From Candidatus Coprovivens sp. (GTDB lineage Bacteria; Bacillota_I; Bacilli_A; RF39; UBA660), in the NCBI GenBank assembly GCA_045654965.1, contig JAZOOK010000155.1:1-43809 (forward strand): 43,809 nucleotides of DNA, given 5' to 3'. A program made the translations under genes and the position numbers. How positions within the stretch are numbered: position 1 is the stretch's first letter; each line of letters starts with the position of its first letter. Shown piece after piece: positions 1 through 9,405 of this stretch. The notes below the pieces were generated by a model. The model was not told the DNA's origin, made no database searches, and saw nothing but the letters and a program-made list of their open reading frames with translations.

Positions 1-1357
1 GATCGAAATTGTAGTCAGTTAATCTATATGGAATTAGGTCTGCGTATTTAACTGCTGCTACTGCTACAGTATCTGCAATTTTATCTCTTTCTTCACCTAC
101 TATGTTTGGAAGTATTTTTTTCTCACATTCATCTTTAGCTAGATCAAGTAATGCTTCTAGAGTCATTACTCCACCATCTCTTGTTTTGAATGGTTTACCA
201 TCAGCACCGTTCATAGTACCAAATGGAATAAATTCTAATATAGTTTCTGGATTTACTATTTCAGATTTTTGAGCTGCTCTAAATACTTGTTCAAAGTGTA
301 GAGCTTGTCTTGCATCTGTTAGATACCATATTTCATCTGGGTTAAATAATTTCATTCTTTCCCAAATACAAGCTAAGTCAGTTGTTTCGTATGAAGCTGA
401 ACCATTTGATTTAACTAGTAATAATGGTGGAATTTCATGATCGTCGTTTTCTTCTTTAACTTCGATAATTCTAGCACCTTCTGAATCTTTAACTAATCCT
501 TTAGATTCTATATACTCAACCATTTCTGGGATGTATTGGTTACCATCTGATTCACCTTCCCATACTTCGAAAGTGGTATTTAATCTATCGTAAATTCTTT
601 TTATGTCTGTTTTTGAAACATTCATTATGTGATGCCATAATGCCATTAAGCCTTTTTCACCATCTTGGAATCTAGCAGTTATATCCCTAGCTTCTTCCAT
701 GTATGCTTCATCTTCTTTTGATTTATTTGAAGCACATGGATATAGTTCCATTAAGTCATCGTTTGTTACTGGGGAAACACTAGGATATTCTCCTTCGTAA
801 TTTTGATTAAAGTATGGTAATTCTGGGAATCTATGTTTGATTTCTGTCATAACTAGACCTATTGGTCTACCCCAGTCCCCTAAGTGAGCATCTGCAATAG
901 TTTTGTTTCCTAAAGAGTTTGCTAATCTTTTTAAAGCTTCTCCTATATTAGCACTTCTTAAGTGACCTACGTGTAATGCTTTTGCAACGTTAGCTCCACC
1001 ATAATCTAAGAATATTGTTTTAGGATTATCATTTTCATAATTTAAGTTAATATTTTCTTTTAATTCATTAACATGTTCAATTAATTCTTCATCGCTGAAT
1101 GTAATATTAATAAATCCAGGACCAGCGATATTAATATCTTGGTATTTATTATCTTTCTTTATACTTTCTACTATTTCTGTAGCTATTTCCCTAGGATTTT
1201 TACCATATGTTTTAGCCATAGCCATTACACCATTATATTGGTAATCTCCAAATTCAGGTCTAGAAGATACGTTAAGTACTACTTCTTCTACTTCGTATCC
1301 ACATTCTTTTATTTTTTCTTTTATATAAGCTTCTTGTTTTTCAATAAAACTACTCAT
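1..1357 (-). CDS. argS: Arginyl-tRNA synthetase, 3' end runs off the window (missing from ORF track)
   Basis: Manual translation from ATG at 1357: MSSFIEKQEAYIKEKI...SSRPEFGDYQYNGVMAMAK...FLDYGGANVAKALHVGHLRSANIGE (ArgRS N-domain and HIGH motif). Confidence 0.95.
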   Translation of the reverse strand, partial: MSSFIEKQEAYIKEKIKECGYEVEEVVLNVSSRPEFGDYQYNGVMAMAKTYGKNPREIATEIVESIKKDNKYQDINIAGPGFINITFSDEELIEHVNELKENINLNYENDNPKTIFLDYGGANVAKALHVGHLRSANIGEALKRLANSLGNKTIADAHLGDWGRPIGLVMTEIKHRFPELPYFNQNYEGEYPSVSPVTNDDLMELYPCASNKSKEDEAYMEEARDITARFQDGEKGLMALWHHIMNVSKTDIKRIYDRLNTTFEVWEGESDGNQYIPEMVEYIESKGLVKDSEGARIIEVKEENDDHEIPPLLLVKSNGSASYETTDLACIWERMKLFNPDEIWYLTDARQALHFEQVFRAAQKSEIVNPETILEFIPFGTMNGADGKPFKTRDGGVMTLEALLDLAKDECEKKILPNIVGEERDKIADTVAVAAVKYADLIPYRLTDYNFD

Positions 1358-1703
1358 TTATATCATCCTCTTCATTTATTTCTATTTTAAAAGTTTCTTC
1401 ATCGCTAGATATCTTATACTCTAATATTATAGTATTTTTTTCTTTTTTATACACAACTTTTTCTACATCTATATCAAAGGACATGCTTTTTTCTTTTAAT
1501 AGATAAGATGATTTCCTTTCTTTAATATCTAGACTAAATTTATATTCATCAGTTTCTCTTGTGAACCGAGTTGGACCAAATACTGTTTTTACTCCATCCA
1601 AAGAGAAGATATACTCACTATCTTTTTCGATAGCTTTTATATCTTTATACTCGTTTTCTAGCCGATCTGCTTTAAATAAATTAAGAGTTATAATTTTTTT
1701 CAT
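1350..1703 (-). CDS. YwiB/DUF1934-like beta-barrel protein
   Basis: 117 aa, beta-strand-like composition, overlaps the argS start. ywiB-argS coupling is known in B. subtilis. Assignment rests mainly on synteny. Confidence 0.55.
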   Translation of the reverse strand: MKKIITLNLFKADRLENEYKDIKAIEKDSEYIFSLDGVKTVFGPTRFTRETDEYKFSLDIKERKSSYLLKEKSMSFDIDVEKVVYKKEKNTIILEYKISSDEETFKIEINEEDDINE

Positions 1704-1728
1704 AGTATCATGTCCCTTTTTGTTTGTG

Positions 1729-1757
1729 ATTATAACATAATATTAGTAAGTTTGCAC
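1729..1757 (-). promoter_or_regulatory. Extended -10 sigmaA promoter for ywiB-argS
   Basis: TGT-TATAAT on the minus strand at 1729-1737; weak -35 GTGCAA at 17 bp spacing. Confidence 0.55.
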
Positions 1758-1790
1758 TTATATTTTAGAAATTTCTATTAATAATAAATA

Positions 1791-3746
1791 ATGGGTGTTA
1801 ATATGAGATTAATTAAGAAAACTATTAGATTATTTTGTGTAGTATGTATAATTGGTTTATTTGTAGTATTTGGTTTATATTTATACGCTTATTTTAGTCC
1901 TAAATTAGATATTAAAAATGCTAATCAATTTTATATTTATGATGATGATGAACAACTTGTATATCAAGGTTCTGGTAATAATGAATGGGTATCATTGGAT
2001 GATATATCTCCAGAGTTAATCAACGCAGTGTTGTCTACTGAAGATAAGAATTTTTATAAACATCATGGATTTGATTATTTAAGGATTATTAAAGCTATGT
2101 ATACTAATTTAAAGAGTGGATCTATAGTACAAGGAGCTTCTACAATAAGTCAGCAATATATTAAGAATATGTATTTAGATTTTGATAAGACTTGGGAAAG
2201 AAAGATAGAAGAAGCTTTTCTTACATTAAGATTAGAGGTTCATTATAGTAAAGATGAAATATTAGAAGGTTATTTGAATACTATTAATTTTGGTCAAGGT
2301 AATTATGGTATTGAAAACGCTAGTCAGTTTTATTTTAATAAAAGTGCTAAAGATTTAAATCTAGAAGAAGCAATAATACTAGCTGGTATACCTAAAGCTC
2401 CTAATAAATATAATCCTGTTACTAATTATGATGCTGCTATTGAGAGAGCTAAAGTTATTAGTAGTGTTATGTTAAATAATGAAACTATAGATAATAATAT
2501 TTATGATAAGTTGTTTATAAGTGATATAGAAATATATGGAAAAGATAATGAAAATGATTTAAATATGCTTATGTATTATCAAGATGCTGTTTATAAAGAA
2601 TTACATAGTTTAGGTAGTATTCCAGATTCTTTGATAGAATCTGGTGGTATTAAGATATATACTTCTTTAAATATGGAAGCTCAAACTATTATGGAGAAAA
2701 GCATTAAAGATAATATGACTAAGGAAGATATGCAAGTAGCTAGTATTATTATTAACCCCCATACAGGTGGTGTTATGGCTTTATCTGGTGGTGTTGATTA
2801 TAGTAAGAGTCAGTTTAATAGAGCTATTAGTTCTAAAAGACAAGTTGGTTCTAGTATGAAACCTTTTTTGTATTATGCTGCTTTAGAGAATGGTATGGTA
2901 TCTAGTTCTACTTTTTTATCTGAACCTACTACTTTTATGTTTTCTAATAATCAAAGTTATTCTCCAGCCAATTACAATAATAAGTATGGGAATAAGAATA
3001 TTACTATGGCAGCAGCATTGGCCTATTCTGACAATATTTATGCAGTTAAGACTCATTTGTTCTTGGGAGAAGAAACTCTTGTTAATACGGCTAAAAGAAT
3101 GGGAATAGAGGGTAATTTAGAACCAGTTCCTTCTTTAGCTTTAGGTACATCTGAATTAAGTATGTTAGATTTTGCTAGAGGCTATACTACCTTGGCTAGT
3201 GGTGGTTATAAAAGAGATATTACTTTTATTGATAGAGTTGAAGATATGAATGGTAATATTTTATATAAAAAGTCTTTAAAAGATGAATTGGTACTTAACG
3301 AATCTTATACTTATATTTTAAATGAAATTATGACTTCTACTTATAACAGCGCTTTTGTTGATTATAATAGTCCTACTATTATTAGTTTAGCGTCTAAGAT
3401 ATCAAGTAAATATGCTATGAAGACTGGTTCTACTGGTACAGATTGTTGGATGGTAGGTTATGATTCTAATGTACTTATGTTAACTTGGAATGGATATGAT
3501 GATAATAAAGAGATGGAGGTTAAAGATGGAAGTATTTCTAAAAATATATGGGTAGATACTATTGAAAATATTAATGTAGAAAAGAAATGGTTTGATTTAC
3601 CTAATAATGTAGTTGGTATACCATTAGATGCAATAACTGGTAAAGAAACTAATGATACTAAAAAGACTACCATTTTTTATTATATAAATGGTAGTGAATA
3701 TAATAATCAAGATACTGAATTTGTATTTAAAGAAAAAGACGACTAA
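1791..3746 (+). CDS. Class A penicillin-binding protein (transglycosylase + transpeptidase), PbpG/YwhE-like; start may be 1803
   Basis: N-terminal TM; GT51 motifs EDKNFYKHHGFD, GASTISQQYIKN, RKIEE; transpeptidase motifs SSMK, SDN, KTG. Confidence 0.92.
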   Translation: MGVNMRLIKKTIRLFCVVCIIGLFVVFGLYLYAYFSPKLDIKNANQFYIYDDDEQLVYQGSGNNEWVSLDDISPELINAVLSTEDKNFYKHHGFDYLRIIKAMYTNLKSGSIVQGASTISQQYIKNMYLDFDKTWERKIEEAFLTLRLEVHYSKDEILEGYLNTINFGQGNYGIENASQFYFNKSAKDLNLEEAIILAGIPKAPNKYNPVTNYDAAIERAKVISSVMLNNETIDNNIYDKLFISDIEIYGKDNENDLNMLMYYQDAVYKELHSLGSIPDSLIESGGIKIYTSLNMEAQTIMEKSIKDNMTKEDMQVASIIINPHTGGVMALSGGVDYSKSQFNRAISSKRQVGSSMKPFLYYAALENGMVSSSTFLSEPTTFMFSNNQSYSPANYNNKYGNKNITMAAALAYSDNIYAVKTHLFLGEETLVNTAKRMGIEGNLEPVPSLALGTSELSMLDFARGYTTLASGGYKRDITFIDRVEDMNGNILYKKSLKDELVLNESYTYILNEIMTSTYNSAFVDYNSPTIISLASKISSKYAMKTGSTGTDCWMVGYDSNVLMLTWNGYDDNKEMEVKDGSISKNIWVDTIENINVEKKWFDLPNNVVGIPLDAITGKETNDTKKTTIFYYINGSEYNNQDTEFVFKEKDD

Positions 3747-3760
3747 GATTAGTCGTCTTT
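3735..3760. terminator. Probable bidirectional terminator formed by the last codons of the convergent pbp and noc genes
   Basis: Perfect 12-bp inverted repeat AAAGACGACTAA-ga-TTAGTCGTCTTT. Confidence 0.75.
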
Positions 3761-5251
3761 ATGTATTCTCATAGTTATTTGATAATTGCTATCAAAATCA
3801 ATTTCTTCTACGTCAATATAGAAACCACTTGCTCCTAATCCTTCAATACAAGAACGAATAGTAGCGATAGCATCTTTTAATTCCATTCCAGATACTTTTT
3901 TAGATGTTGATGTGTTGATTAAATCATCTACTGCCATCATAGGATCTACGTCATTATTCAGTTTAGTTTCCAATAAAGGAATATTTGTATTATCTTGGAT
4001 TGGTGTAAAGAATTTATTATGTGAATTAATTTCAATATCGTTGATGTTATTAAAATTATTCATTGGTTCCATTGGTTGTGCTGGAGTTGGTTTATTTTCA
4101 ACTATTGGAGCAGATATTCCGAAATCATTAATAAATTCTGATTTACTTGGTTCAGCATCAAATACTTCTAGACTTCCATTATTTGTAGTCATATTAGATG
4201 TTGGATTAAAGAAATCTTTTGCTGAAGCCATTGGTTCATTTGCTGGCAACGGATCTACACTGAAGAATTTATTATCGTTAGGTGTATCAAAAGTATCAAA
4301 ATTTTCAGTTGGATAAATTGTACTTGATGAGTTTGGAGTTGCTATATTAAACTCCGGAATAGTTGTTGCTGTCGTAAAAGTATCTTCTGATATAGGAGTG
4401 TTAAACGGAGATGGTTGTATTTCTCTTGTTTCCTCGATATCTAATGGTTCAACAGTCTTTGTTGGTTCTTCTAATACTTCTAATTCTTCTAGTACATCAA
4501 CAGATTGTTGATTATTTGTTTGAGTTCCCAGTCTATTAGCTTCTCTAAAGTCCATAGCGTTAGCTTTAATATCTTCTATACTTGGTATTGCTGATACTAA
4601 AGGTACATCTCCACCTTCATCAGATTCTGATACTGGTGTTTCTTCTACTGGTTTTAATTTTTTTAATTCTATATCTAATTGTCTTACAGTTAATCTTTCA
4701 TTGATTACTCTATGTAGCCATTCTCTTTGAGCGGCTTTATCATTTAGAGATAATAATGTTCTAGCATGTCTTTCAGAAATTCTTTCTTCTAAAAGTGCTT
4801 GTTGAACTTCTTCATCTAAGTTAAGTAGTCTTAATTTATTAGCGATAGCTGGTTGAGAAAGCCCCATACGTTTAGCTAGTTGTTCTTGAGTTAAATAACC
4901 TTTATCAAGTAAGTTCTTATATGAACGAGCTTCTTCGATAGCAGTTAAATCTCTTCTTTGAACATTTTCTACTAATGCTACTTCTGCAGATTTGTTATCA
5001 TCTATATTAGCAATAACTGCTGGTACTGTTGTTAATCCTACTAATTGAGCAGCTTTATAACGACGTTCACCAGCTATTATTTCATATTTTTCTCCTAGTT
5101 TTCTTAATACAAGGGGTTGAATTATACCGTGTTCTCTAATTGAGTCTGCTAATTCTTTTAATCCTTGTTCATCAAAATTTAATCTTGGTTGAAATCTATT
5201 TGGTATTATATCCTCTATATGTACTTGTAGTACTCCTGATTCTAAATTCAT
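3749..5251 (-). CDS. noc: Nucleoid occlusion protein Noc (ParB-family CTPase) with a long low-complexity insert
   Basis: PNRFQPR, IIAGERR, ENVQR motifs; HTH SQPAIANKLRLL...SERHAR with Q133/K139/N144/R161 (Noc QKKR-type); C-terminus resembles the Noc dimerisation domain; follows rsmG as in B. subtilis. Confidence 0.85.
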   Translation of the reverse strand: MNLESGVLQVHIEDIIPNRFQPRLNFDEQGLKELADSIREHGIIQPLVLRKLGEKYEIIAGERRYKAAQLVGLTTVPAVIANIDDNKSAEVALVENVQRRDLTAIEEARSYKNLLDKGYLTQEQLAKRMGLSQPAIANKLRLLNLDEEVQQALLEERISERHARTLLSLNDKAAQREWLHRVINERLTVRQLDIELKKLKPVEETPVSESDEGGDVPLVSAIPSIEDIKANAMDFREANRLGTQTNNQQSVDVLEELEVLEEPTKTVEPLDIEETREIQPSPFNTPISEDTFTTATTIPEFNIATPNSSSTIYPTENFDTFDTPNDNKFFSVDPLPANEPMASAKDFFNPTSNMTTNNGSLEVFDAEPSKSEFINDFGISAPIVENKPTPAQPMEPMNNFNNINDIEINSHNKFFTPIQDNTNIPLLETKLNNDVDPMMAVDDLINTSTSKKVSGMELKDAIATIRSCIEGLGASGFYIDVEEIDFDSNYQITMRIHKDD

Positions 5252-5289
5252 CTTAATCAGCCCCTTTTATCTAGTCTTTCCTATTATTA

Positions 5290-5318
5290 ATAATACCTTA
5301 ATTTAAGTTTTATTTCAA
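5290..5318 (-). promoter_or_regulatory. Internal sigmaA promoter for noc
   Basis: TTGAAA-17bp-TATTAT on the minus strand. Confidence 0.55.
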
Positions 5319-6017
5319 TGGTTTCTTGACTATCTTGTCATAGCGTCTTGGATACTCTTTTGGAGTATTTTTTTCTTTTTTTATACGTACTATATTTCTT
5401 TCTCCACCTTCATATGGAAGTTCGAAATTTAGTGTATTTTCTATTAGTCCACCTAGGATTTTTATAGCGTTTTTAGATTCTTCTAATTCATCTTGATTTG
5501 ATCCTTTTAGAGCTATAAAATAACCGTTAATTTTTACTAAAGGTAGACACAATTCTGATAAGGCAGTCATGTTAGTTACTGCTCTTGCTGTTACTATATC
5601 GAATGTTTCTCTATTTTTTACACAGAAGTCTTCCGCTCTACCGTGGAAGAAATTTACTTTTTGTAATCCTAATTTTTTTGATAATTCTTGTAAGAAGTTT
5701 ATCTTTTTGTTATTTGAGTCTAGTAAAGTTACTTCTAATTCAGGAAATACTATTTTTAATACCATTCCAGGGAATCCAGCTCCTGTACCTATATCAAGTA
5801 AATTATTGTATTTAGTTACATCTAAAGCTTTTATAAAAGTAAGAGAATCATAAAAATGTTTTAAATACACTTGGTCTTCTTCTTTTATAGCAGTTAGATT
5901 AGTATGAGAGTTATATTCTAATAGAAAGTTACAATATATATCTAGTTGATTTAGTTGTTCTTCAGTTAGATTTATACCTAACTCCCCTACTTTATTTATA
6001 AATTCTTGTTTATTCAT
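5310..6017 (-). CDS. rsmG: 16S rRNA m7G527 methyltransferase (GidB)
   Basis: NLTAI, KHFYDSL, LDIGTGAGFPG, VTARAV motifs; ATG at 6017 overlaps the mnmG end. Confidence 0.96.
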   Translation of the reverse strand: MNKQEFINKVGELGINLTEEQLNQLDIYCNFLLEYNSHTNLTAIKEEDQVYLKHFYDSLTFIKALDVTKYNNLLDIGTGAGFPGMVLKIVFPELEVTLLDSNNKKINFLQELSKKLGLQKVNFFHGRAEDFCVKNRETFDIVTARAVTNMTALSELCLPLVKINGYFIALKGSNQDELEESKNAIKILGGLIENTLNFELPYEGGERNIVRIKKEKNTPKEYPRRYDKIVKKPLK

Positions 6018-7878
6018 CTTTACCATATTCCTTTTTTAAGTATACAGATAGTATTGAGATATCTGCTGGATTTACCCCACTTATACGAATAGCTTGTGCT
6101 ATTGTAGTTGGTCTTACTTCTTTAAGTTTTTGTCTAGCTTCTGAAGCTATGTTATTAACTTTATCATAATCAATATCTTCTGGTATTTGTTTCTTTTCTA
6201 GTTTTAACATTTTTTCTGCTTCCTTATATGCTTTTTCGATATATCCTTCATATTTTAAGTTAATTTCTACTTGTTCTTGGATATCTATACTATAAGGAAT
6301 TTCTATTTGTGATCTTAAGAATTCCATATTAAGTTCTGGTCTTTTTACTAGTTGTTCTAGACTTAAAGATGCAGTTGGAACTTGATAGTTATTTGATTCA
6401 AAAGCAGTTCTAACTTCTGGAGTTATTTTTAACTTAGTTTGTTTCATATATTCTAGAAGCGCTGCTATTTCTTCTTCTTTTTTATTTAATCTGTTTATTT
6501 GTTCTTCTGAGATTAGTCCTACTTCATAACCTTTTCTTCTTAAACGTAGGTCTGCATTGTCACTACGTAATAAAAGTCTAAATTCGGCACGACTTGTTAA
6601 TAATCTATATGGATCTCTAATACCTTTTGTAATTAAATCATCAATTAATACACCGATATATGCATCAGATCTTTTAAGAACTAGAGGTTCTTTGCCTTCT
6701 AATTTTAGACATGCATTTATTCCGGCCATTAAGCCTTGGCATGCGGCTTCTTCATATCCACTTGTACCGTTTATTTGACCTGCAGTGAATAGATTTTTCA
6801 TTATTTTTGTTTCTAAACTTGCATTTAATTGTGTTGGGTATATAGCATCGTATTCAATTGCATATCCGTATTTTAAAATTTTGGCATTTTCAAAACCTGG
6901 TAAGCTGTGTACCATTTTTTCTTGTACTTCAGGAGGCATTGATGTTGAGAAGCCCTGTAGATACATATCATCGTAGTAACGACTTTCTGGTTCAATAAAT
7001 AGTTGGTGTTTTTCTTTATCAGAGAATCTAACTACTTTATCTTCTATTGAAGGACAGTATCTTGGACCTATTCCTTCTATGTCGTCTAACGCTCCGTACA
7101 TACTTGATTTATTTAGATTGTCTCTTATTATTTGATGAGTTTCTGGCGTTGTATATGTTAAGAAACAAGGTTCTTGTTCTTCTATTTTATAACAAGGATC
7201 CAAGTCGTAACTAAAAGTATAGTATTTGTTGTCTCCTGGTTCTAGTTTTGTTTTAGAAAAATCAATTGATTTTCTATCTATTCTTTGAGGAGTTCCTGTT
7301 TTTAGTCTAATTACTTTAAATCCATATTCTTTTAATTTATCACTTAAGAAATTTGAAGGTCTTTCATCATGAGGTCCTTTTCTTGTACGAGTATTTCCCA
7401 CAAGTATATCAGCTTTTAGGTAAGTACCAGTAGTAAGAATAACAATTTCAGATTCTATTTTAGTACCATCTTCTAATATTATTCCTTTTACTTGTTGATT
7501 ATCCACAATTAAATCTTCTACCATGCCTTCTTGAATAGTTAAATTTTCTAATGAATATAATGTATCTAACATTTCTTTAGGATATGTTACTTTATCTCCT
7601 TGAGCTCTTAATGATTGAACTGCTGGTCCTTTAGCACTATTTAACATCTTTATTTGTAGATGTGTTTTATCTGCTATTTTACCCATTATTCCACCAAGTG
7701 CATCTATTTCTCTAACTACTATACCTTTAGCACTTCCACCGATATGTGGATTACATGGCATGTCTGCTATATTTTTTATGTTACTTGTCATTAATAAAGT
7801 TTTATGACCTTTAGTGGCACATGCATATGCAGCTTCGCATCCTGCGTGACCTCCACCTACTACTATTATTTCATACAT
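6010..7878 (-). CDS. mnmG: tRNA uridine-5-carboxymethylaminomethyl modification enzyme (GidA)
   Basis: VVGGGHAGCEAA, MPCNP, GPRYCPSIEDK, AGQINGTSGYEEAA motifs. Confidence 0.97.
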   Translation of the reverse strand: MYEIIVVGGGHAGCEAAYACATKGHKTLLMTSNIKNIADMPCNPHIGGSAKGIVVREIDALGGIMGKIADKTHLQIKMLNSAKGPAVQSLRAQGDKVTYPKEMLDTLYSLENLTIQEGMVEDLIVDNQQVKGIILEDGTKIESEIVILTTGTYLKADILVGNTRTRKGPHDERPSNFLSDKLKEYGFKVIRLKTGTPQRIDRKSIDFSKTKLEPGDNKYYTFSYDLDPCYKIEEQEPCFLTYTTPETHQIIRDNLNKSSMYGALDDIEGIGPRYCPSIEDKVVRFSDKEKHQLFIEPESRYYDDMYLQGFSTSMPPEVQEKMVHSLPGFENAKILKYGYAIEYDAIYPTQLNASLETKIMKNLFTAGQINGTSGYEEAACQGLMAGINACLKLEGKEPLVLKRSDAYIGVLIDDLITKGIRDPYRLLTSRAEFRLLLRSDNADLRLRRKGYEVGLISEEQINRLNKKEEEIAALLEYMKQTKLKITPEVRTAFESNNYQVPTASLSLEQLVKRPELNMEFLRSQIEIPYSIDIQEQVEINLKYEGYIEKAYKEAEKMLKLEKKQIPEDIDYDKVNNIASEARQKLKEVRPTTIAQAIRISGVNPADISILSVYLKKEYGKDE

Positions 7879-7896
7879 AGTTATCAACACTCTCTT

Positions 7897-9261
7897 CTAT
7901 TTCCCAAGACAGAATCTACTAAACATTTCGTCTAATAATTCTTCTTCATATGTAGTACCATTTATAGTACCAAGTTTCTCCCAAATATCTTTTATATCTA
8001 GTTCTATCATGTCTATTGGTTGATTATTTCCCAAGCCTAATTCTACTTCATTTATAGATTCTAAGCATGATTCTAAAATACTTATACTTCTAGCATTACT
8101 TAGGTATGTAGGATCAGTTGTTTCTATTTGGGAAATATTAAACAATTCTACTATTTTTGCCTTTAATTCGTCGATTCCTTGATTATTTAAGATAGACATA
8201 TTTATAACATTAGACTTATCAACAGGAATACCTTCTAAATCTAATTTTCTTTCTAAATCATTTTTATTAATTATTATTATATAGTTCTTTCCTTCTAGTT
8301 GATTTAATAATGTTCTTATATCGTCTGTTATAGGTTCATTATTATTCAATACAAACAATACTAGGTCGGATTCATTCATCATTTTTATACTTTTTTCTAC
8401 ACCGATTGCTTCAATTTTATCGTCAGTTTCTCTAATACCAGCTGTATCTATCATATTTAGTAGAATTCCGTTAATACTTATTTGGCCTTCTACTATATCT
8501 CTTGTAGTTCCAGCAATATCGGTTACTATAGCTTTATCTTCTTCTAATAATGCATTTAATAAGCTACTCTTCCCTACATTTGGTTTTCCTATTATTGATG
8601 TTTTTATACCATCTTTAATAATACGTCCGTTTCTTGATTCGTTAAGTATTTTTACTATTTTATTCTTTAATTTAGTTATTTTAGGTATTAATACTTCATC
8701 TGTCATTATTTCTACATCGTCATATACTGGATAATCAATGTTTACATTTATATTAGATATTATGTGAACCATATCATCTCTTAATTCATTGATAAGTCCA
8801 GAAACTTTACCAGTGATTTGATTAACTGCTAATTCTCTTTGTGTATTTGTTTTAGCGTTTATCATATCCATTACTGCTTCTGCTTCTAGTAGATCTATTC
8901 TACCATTTAAGAATGCTCTTTTAGTGAATTCTCCTGGTTCGGCAAGTCTACATCCGCTAGTTAGTAGTAATTCTAATACTTTATTTGTTGGTGCTATTCC
9001 ACCATGAGTATTTATTTCTACTGTATCTTCTGCAGTAAAAGTACGAGGAGCTAGCATTACAGATACTAATACTTCATCTATAACATTTCCCGACTTATCA
9101 ACAATCTTACCGTAATTTATCGTATGAGTAGATACTTCTTTTAGATTATTTCCTTTAAATATTTTTGCTACGATATCAACAGCTTCTTCACCACTAACTC
9201 GTATTATTGAGATAGCACCTACACCTTGGCTAGTTGCTATAGCGCATATAGTATCGTTCAT
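7897..9261 (-). CDS. mnmE: tRNA modification GTPase (TrmE)
   Basis: DTICAIAT, GKPNVGKSSLLN, GTTRD, DTAG, C-terminal FCLGK; AAGGAG RBS fits ATG at 9261. Confidence 0.97.
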   Translation of the reverse strand: MNDTICAIATSQGVGAISIIRVSGEEAVDIVAKIFKGNNLKEVSTHTINYGKIVDKSGNVIDEVLVSVMLAPRTFTAEDTVEINTHGGIAPTNKVLELLLTSGCRLAEPGEFTKRAFLNGRIDLLEAEAVMDMINAKTNTQRELAVNQITGKVSGLINELRDDMVHIISNINVNIDYPVYDDVEIMTDEVLIPKITKLKNKIVKILNESRNGRIIKDGIKTSIIGKPNVGKSSLLNALLEEDKAIVTDIAGTTRDIVEGQISINGILLNMIDTAGIRETDDKIEAIGVEKSIKMMNESDLVLFVLNNNEPITDDIRTLLNQLEGKNYIIIINKNDLERKLDLEGIPVDKSNVINMSILNNQGIDELKAKIVELFNISQIETTDPTYLSNARSISILESCLESINEVELGLGNNQPIDMIELDIKDIWEKLGTINGTTYEEELLDEMFSRFCLGK

Positions 9262-9284
9262 TGCCTTCACTCCTTTTGGCTCGT

Positions 9285-9340
9285 ATTATAGCACAAATTC
9301 CCTACTTGGGAAATATTTTTATTCTATGTATATTATACCA
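9285..9340 (-). promoter_or_regulatory. Two tandem extended -10 promoters for the mnmE operon
   Basis: TGcTATAAT (9285-9293) and TGgTATAAT (9332-9340) on the minus strand. Confidence 0.6.
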
Positions 9341-9365
9341 AAATTATTTCCCGGGAAATAATTTT
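9340..9365. promoter_or_regulatory. Noc-binding site (NBS), perfect palindrome
   Basis: AAAATTATTTCCCGGGAAATAATTTT contains the B. subtilis NBS consensus ATTTCCCGGGAAAT. Confidence 0.85.
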
Positions 9366-9405
9366 ATGCATTATTTTTTATTTTTTTACATAAAAAAAAG
9401 AAGAA

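Noticed and set aside
3912-4316. 134-aa antisense ORF within the noc insert
   Set aside because: No RBS or recognisable motif; expected shadow of biased codons on the opposite strand.
3749-5251. Calling this gene parB/spo0J
   Set aside because: The specificity residues (Q, K, R), the C-terminal domain and the position after rsmG all fit Noc.
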